This document shows positions 7,277-11,913 of a stretch of 11,913 nucleotides of DNA, in pieces; position 1 is the first letter of the stretch, and every line of letters starts with the position of its first letter. Origin of the DNA: an uncultured archaeon (GTDB lineage: Archaea; Asgardarchaeota; Heimdallarchaeia; Heimdallarchaeales; Heimdallarchaeaceae). The notes beneath the pieces are model-generated. The model made no database searches, was not told the origin of the DNA, and was given only the letters and a program-made list of their open reading frames with translations. A program made the position numbers and the translations under genes. The stretch covers positions 1-11,913 of the forward strand of contig CAZJUB010000080.1 of the NCBI GenBank assembly GCA_964549075.1. The letters run 5' to 3'.

Positions 7277-8011
7277 ATGGGTAAAAAGATATTAGTTCAA
7301 AGACGTGGAAGAGGAACTTCACAATTCCGAGCTGCTTCACATAAAAAGAAAGGTAGTGTTAAATACAGAAAACTAGCAAAATTAGAATATACAGAAACTA
7401 TTACTGGTGAAATCAGGGATATAGTACATGATCCAGGTCGAGGTGCTCCGGTAGCTCGAGTCTTATTCGAGGATGGTCTTAAGAAAATCATTCTACCTTC
7501 AGAAGGTCTAAGAGTAGGACAGAAAATAGAATATGGTGCAACTGCAGCTATTCAAATAGGAAATACCATGCCACTCCAATTTATTCCTGATGGTTCTCCT
7601 GTATTTAATATAGAATTAACACCTGGAGATGGGGGCAGATTAATACGTTCAAGTGGAGGATATGCAACAATTCTTGGTAGAGATAAGGGAAAAGTTACTC
7701 TTCAACTTCCAAGTGGAGAAATGAAAGAGATTCCACAAAGGTGCAGAGCAACTATTGGTATTGTTGCTGGCGGTGGAAGAACAGAAAAACCATTTGTAAA
7801 AGCTGGTAACAAATTCTACCTAAAGAAAGCTAAAGGTCATTTCTATCCTAAAGTTAGAGGGGTTGCAATGAATGCAGTCTCTCATCCACATGGTGGCGGT
7901 GCTCATCAAGGACCTCCGAGATCAACAACTGTATCAAGACATGCACAGCCTGGTAGAAAAGTTGGTTTGATAGCAGCTAGAAGAAGTGGAAGAAGACGAG
8001 GTAAGAAGTAG
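7277..8011 (+). CDS. rpl2: 50S ribosomal protein L2 (uL2)
   Basis: MGKKILVQRRGRG, HDPGRGAPVA, VRGVAMNAVSHPHGGG and GRKVGLIAARR motifs; AGGTGA SD. Confidence 0.98.
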   Translation: MGKKILVQRRGRGTSQFRAASHKKKGSVKYRKLAKLEYTETITGEIRDIVHDPGRGAPVARVLFEDGLKKIILPSEGLRVGQKIEYGATAAIQIGNTMPLQFIPDGSPVFNIELTPGDGGRLIRSSGGYATILGRDKGKVTLQLPSGEMKEIPQRCRATIGIVAGGGRTEKPFVKAGNKFYLKKAKGHFYPKVRGVAMNAVSHPHGGGAHQGPPRSTTVSRHAQPGRKVGLIAARRSGRRRGKK

Positions 8012-8026
8012 TTTACCCACTTCATC

Positions 8027-8033
8027 TTTTTTT
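8027..8033 (+). terminator. oligo-T terminator after rpl2
   Basis: T7 run 15 nt after the rpl2 stop, followed by an extended T-rich tract. Confidence 0.55.
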
Positions 8034-8121
8034 ATTTGTTTAATTTTAATGTTATTTATTTTAAAACGATTTATTTTTCTATATAACTAATTTTCATCGT
8101 TTCATGTATCGCCGGATAATA

Positions 8122-8151
8122 GGAACTATATTTAAATCAAAAAGATTTGAT
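8122..8151 (+). promoter_or_regulatory. BRE/TATA candidate for the PAC2 gene with an adjacent inverted repeat
   Basis: GGAACTA-TATTTAAA followed by ATCAAA-aaga-TTTGAT (8136-8151). Confidence 0.4.
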
Positions 8152-8206
8152 GTACAATATAAGTCATTATAAAGCACATTAACAAAATAATATTAGGAAG
8201 ATAATT

Positions 8207-8950
8207 ATGAAAGACAAACACATCTATGGGGATTTAGAGTTTGTTTTTAAAGAACCCCAAAACTTTGATGGTTGTACATTACTCAATGGTTGGCATGGAA
8301 TAGGTGAATGCGGTTTTATCTCAATGAGTCATCTTGTAGATAAATTGGATGCAGAAAGAATTGGTTTCATTATTACAGACAACATTCCACAATTCATAAC
8401 AATTAAAAATGACAAGATAACATTTCCATTTGAGATTTATAGAAGAGATAATATTGTTTTAATTCTACCAATTTTTGAGCCTATAAAGTCAGAGCATTTA
8501 ATATTTACAAAAACTGTTGTACAATGGTCGATAGATCAAAAATTTAAACAAGCTATCTTAATTGGTGGTTTGGATAGACGTTTACAAGATGAATCTGATA
8601 TTAAAGCGATATATACTAAATCGTTTAGAGAGAAACGAAAGGATGTAGAAATTCCTGTATTAGATGAAGGATTATATGTTACAGGTCCTTTGGCTTATAT
8701 GTTAATGTTCTACGAATTAAATGATTTTGAAGCTATAGCACTATTACCTTATGCTGAAAGATCAAGACCTGATCCTGTTGCAGCAAGTATTGCAATAAAA
8801 GAAATTAACAAAATTTTAGATATAAATATCAAAGTTCAAGATCTACTCGATGAAGCGGAAAAGATAGAGAAAGAAATAGAATCACTTTTACAAGCTAGTA
8901 AATCAAGAAAAGATTCTGATAAAGATACTGATGAAGGAATGTTTGTGTAA
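8207..8950 (+). CDS. PAC2-family proteasome assembly chaperone (PbaA/PbaB-like)
   Basis: GWHGIGECGFISMSHL (variant of G.pG.G.vG.ia), PFEIY, LIGGL, TGPLAYML, PDPVAASIAI and L.deAekiE motifs; C-terminus EGMFV. Confidence 0.88.
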   Translation: MKDKHIYGDLEFVFKEPQNFDGCTLLNGWHGIGECGFISMSHLVDKLDAERIGFIITDNIPQFITIKNDKITFPFEIYRRDNIVLILPIFEPIKSEHLIFTKTVVQWSIDQKFKQAILIGGLDRRLQDESDIKAIYTKSFREKRKDVEIPVLDEGLYVTGPLAYMLMFYELNDFEAIALLPYAERSRPDPVAASIAIKEINKILDINIKVQDLLDEAEKIEKEIESLLQASKSRKDSDKDTDEGMFV

Positions 8951-8959
8951 TTACCTTCT

Positions 8960-10072
8960 TTAAAATTCATAATTAATTTCTTCCTCCTTAGGGGGAAGAA
9001 ATTCTTCAGATATCATTATTTTTTGTGTTTCTTTGAATTTTTCAACTGTTTTGACTATTTGAATGATTTTTTTCTCTAAAATAGATATTAATGAATCTAA
9101 ATTGGTTGAATTTTTAGTAGATATATGATATTCAGTCTCAAATATGGTTTTACTTCTTTCAATCTCATCTTCAGATAATAAATCAATTTTATTGAGTATT
9201 TTTATTATTGGGATATCCGGAAATTCTTTTTCAATATCTGAAAACAGATTTAATTGTTCTTCTGGTGTTATTGTAGAATCTTTGGAAATATCAAAAATAA
9301 ATACGATAATATCTGAAATGTAACGCATTGATGTTATGCTTTGTCTCTCTATTACATTTCGTTCCTTAAATGGTCTGTCTAATAATCCCGGTGTATCTAC
9401 AATCTGGACATTGGTCACTATTAAATCCCTATGACCAAAAACAATCTTTTTAGTAGTAAACGGATATTCTCCCACCTCTGGTTTTCCTGAGGAAACAGCT
9501 CTTACTAGTGATGATTTTCCTACATTAGGTGCCCCTGCAACGACTATTGTAGGATAAGTTACATTAAAATCTGGAATGGTTTTCAGTTTCTTTATGATTC
9601 TTCTAAGATAGTTAACATCTCCCCTCGCTTTTTTAACTATAGAAGCAATCCTCCCATTACATTCTTTTCTGATTTTAGACATTTCTAAAGGATGATCAGT
9701 TAGTTTTAATTTAGAAAGCTGTTCTTTTTCAATCTCCTTGATTTGATTAGCGATGCCTTCAACTCTCCCTAAAATTCTCCTAATTTCATCTACATTTCCA
9801 AGTAAATCACAGAGTTCAATATAAAAAGGGTGTATATTTTCGATCCACGGAAACTGTTTGCTTATATCCTTTAACTTATCTATAATTGTTTCTGATAGTG
9901 TTGAAATTCTCTCTCTTTCAAGCGAAGCTATTTTCTCCTCTCTTGTTTTGCGTTTGGAAGTTCTGATTCTTACATTTTTCAACTGATTAAATGCAACCGT
10001 GATTATTTCATCAACAGAAGGAATATACTTTACCATTCGAAATGGGTTTCCTTTTTGTTGATGTTCTATCAA
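8960..10072 (-). CDS. Nog1-family (OBG superfamily) GTP-binding protein
   Basis: N-terminal NPF and HPFYIEL helical domain. G1 GAPNVGKSS, G2 YPFTTK, G3 DTPGLLDRP..ERN.IE, G4 NKID. The TTG start is 2 nt after the trpS stop. Confidence 0.93.
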   Translation of the reverse strand: MIEHQQKGNPFRMVKYIPSVDEIITVAFNQLKNVRIRTSKRKTREEKIASLERERISTLSETIIDKLKDISKQFPWIENIHPFYIELCDLLGNVDEIRRILGRVEGIANQIKEIEKEQLSKLKLTDHPLEMSKIRKECNGRIASIVKKARGDVNYLRRIIKKLKTIPDFNVTYPTIVVAGAPNVGKSSLVRAVSSGKPEVGEYPFTTKKIVFGHRDLIVTNVQIVDTPGLLDRPFKERNVIERQSITSMRYISDIIVFIFDISKDSTITPEEQLNLFSDIEKEFPDIPIIKILNKIDLLSEDEIERSKTIFETEYHISTKNSTNLDSLISILEKKIIQIVKTVEKFKETQKIMISEEFLPPKEEEINYEF

Positions 10073-10074
10073 AC

Positions 10075-11190
10075 TTAATCACTTCCAATAACTGATAAGT
10101 CAATTTCATGGTCAAAATATTTCTCAATATTCTTTATGACATCTTTTTTCCTCTTATTGTATTCTTCTTGATATTTTTGTATCATATCAATAAGCATTGG
10201 TTTGCAATCAAGACCACAAATAAGATCTCCAGATTTGCATCCTTCCTCTATTTTTTGTAGTTCATCATCATCTTTGACAAAATATTTCTTGAACCAATCA
10301 AAAACAGTGCAAACATAAGGATTTGCACCGAGTTCTCTTTGTTCCTTGATGGTGGCTCTTCCTCCAGTTAAGGCTTTCATTATCTTTTTCTTGATAACTT
10401 CAGGTTCATCTCTTAGAAATACACACGTTTCTTCAACTGATGAAGACATGGGTCCTCCTGTTAACCCTTTTAGATATTTTATATAGAGCGAACCTGGTAA
10501 AATTATATCCCTTTTTCTGGATATGTCCCTCGTTAGTCTCATATATACATCTTGGTCTAGACCGATAGGAACAACAACAGGTAAATCGTAATCTAGTGTT
10601 GGTTGTAAAATATGTGCAGCCTGGATAAAGGTATAATAACTTGTACCAACATTCTCCTCTCCATTAAGACCTAGTGCTGCTTTTACGGCATTATATGTTT
10701 GATTGATAGAGAAAGTAAGAGCCAAATAATGTATCCTCGGTGTTATGCTTGATATATATGCATGTACATTTTCAGGTTTAAAACCAATAGCAAAAATATC
10801 AATTGCATTCTGAATTGCTAGACCATATGTTTCCTCTAAAGTATCAACTTTTCTAAACACGTATTTCTCGTCATCTGAAAAAGGTAGAAAATACTTACAA
10901 TTATATTTATTCTGTAAATATCGAATTAAATCAAATAATATTAGATGACCAAAGTGTAGATCATTCGACGGTCCTCTACCACTAATAATAGCAAATGATT
11001 TTCCTTTCTCGACTCTATCCAAGATTTTATCAAAATCTCTGTGTGCAAATACCACATGTCTTCTGAAGAATAGATGCTCTGTTCCAATTCTAGAGATAAT
11101 TTTATCTATTTTTGAGATACCAAATTCTTTCAAAATTTGGTCATAATCTTCTCTCTTTTCAATATCATGGGGTTCCATACTATGATTCAT
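10075..11190 (-). CDS. trpS: tryptophan--tRNA ligase (archaeal/eukaryote type)
   Basis: HLFFRR...AHRD, SGRGPSNDLHFGH (HIGH), SDDEKY, GLDQDVYMRLTRD, PMSSS (KMSKS position) and KALTGGRAT..EQRELGAN motifs; GAGGTG SD. Confidence 0.93.
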   Translation of the reverse strand: MNHSMEPHDIEKREDYDQILKEFGISKIDKIISRIGTEHLFFRRHVVFAHRDFDKILDRVEKGKSFAIISGRGPSNDLHFGHLILFDLIRYLQNKYNCKYFLPFSDDEKYVFRKVDTLEETYGLAIQNAIDIFAIGFKPENVHAYISSITPRIHYLALTFSINQTYNAVKAALGLNGEENVGTSYYTFIQAAHILQPTLDYDLPVVVPIGLDQDVYMRLTRDISRKRDIILPGSLYIKYLKGLTGGPMSSSVEETCVFLRDEPEVIKKKIMKALTGGRATIKEQRELGANPYVCTVFDWFKKYFVKDDDELQKIEEGCKSGDLICGLDCKPMLIDMIQKYQEEYNKRKKDVIKNIEKYFDHEIDLSVIGSD

Positions 11191-11328
11191 TTTTACACCT
11201 CATAAAAGAAAAATTACAATTAAAAGCTTGATTATATGGTACTGGATTCTCCTCTAACACGTAAATTAGCAGAAAAAACCTAAGAAAAGCTATTTCCAGT
11301 CCAAGTTACCACTCTCATTTGATTTTTA

Positions 11329-11344
11329 GAAAAACACTTTATAA
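11329..11344 (+). promoter_or_regulatory. BRE/TATA promoter for the ADP-dependent kinase (probably leaderless transcript)
   Basis: GAAAAACAC-TTTATAA ending about 23 nt upstream of ATG 11367; no SD. Confidence 0.55.
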
Positions 11345-11366
11345 GAATATCGTCCAAAGTAAAACA

Positions 11367-11913
11367 ATGAAAAATTGGTTTGATTCTTATTCAATGTTGG
11401 TAAAATCAACACCTTTTAAGATTGAGAAAAAACATGGTGTAATAATAGGTTTCAATGTCAATATTGACAAAATTATAGCAGTAAATCCGCTAATTGTTAG
11501 TAAAATAACAATGTCTGATATAATTAGTAAGATTGAGTTGAAAAAGGAACTTCCTCTGTATATTGAAAATAACATTGATTTTCTTTCATGGTTATTTCAT
11601 TCTATCGAATTCGAGAAAGCAGATGAAATTGTGACTAACTCTAAATCGCTTATAGATTGGATTGAGAACACTTTTGATATCAAAGATATAAGAATTGGAG
11701 GACAGGCAGGAATCATTGCCAATTTATATAGCAGACTCGGTTTAAAACCTGTACTTTTAAGTTTGCCAGTACAAACTGTTGAACTTACTAATTTATTACA
11801 TCAGAACATTCTAACCGTTTTAAAAGATGATTCAGGTTATTCTGTTGATAAGATTTCCAATATTAAGAACACAGTAGGAAAACCAATCTCTCAGTATGTA
11901 TTCGAATTTGCTA
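11367..11913 (+). CDS. ADP-dependent glucokinase/phosphofructokinase family protein (3'-partial; not in ORF track)
   Basis: Manual translation is open to the window end: MKNWFDSY...IIGFNVNIDKI...EKADEI...RIGGQAGIIAN...QYVFEF. It contains the NxNxD and GGQAGIIAN signatures of this family. Confidence 0.9.
   Translation, partial: MKNWFDSYSMLVKSTPFKIEKKHGVIIGFNVNIDKIIAVNPLIVSKITMSDIISKIELKKELPLYIENNIDFLSWLFHSIEFEKADEIVTNSKSLIDWIENTFDIKDIRIGGQAGIIANLYSRLGLKPVLLSLPVQTVELTNLLHQNILTVLKDDSGYSVDKISNIKNTVGKPISQYVFEFA

Noticed and set aside
1769-7491. Minus-strand track ORFs 1769..2074, 2688..3065, 3453..3767, 5189..5371, 5715..5957, 6109..6303, 6589..6852 and 7297..7491
   Set aside because: They are antisense shadows of highly conserved rpo3 and ribosomal protein genes, with no recognisable motifs.
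11387-11575. Minus-strand 62-aa hydrophobic ORF
   Set aside because: It lies antisense inside the well-supported ADP-dependent kinase gene.

Overview
AT-rich archaeal chromosomal window made mostly of core informational genes. The protein style suggests TACK/Asgard, possibly Heimdallarchaeia-like, but this is inference only. Gene order: 5'-truncated helical/TPR-like gene broken by a -1 frameshift at an A7 run; tRNA-Leu(GAG); a tiny convergent class III signal-peptide (pilin-like) gene; rpo3(rpoD)-rpl18e-rpl13-rps9; rtcA; rpl3-rpl4-rpl23-rpl2; a PAC2 proteasome assembly chaperone; convergent trpS-Nog1 GTPase on the minus strand; and the 5' part of an ADP-dependent sugar kinase that the ORF track missed. 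I found no mobile element, CRISPR array or clearly new multi-gene system. The notable points are the frameshift, the minimal orphan pilin, Rpo3 with both a Zn loop and two ferredoxin Cys motifs, rtcA sitting at a junction of two ribosomal operon fragments, a TrpRS with a PMSSS loop and a putative Fe-S Cys motif, and several structured intergenic elements.
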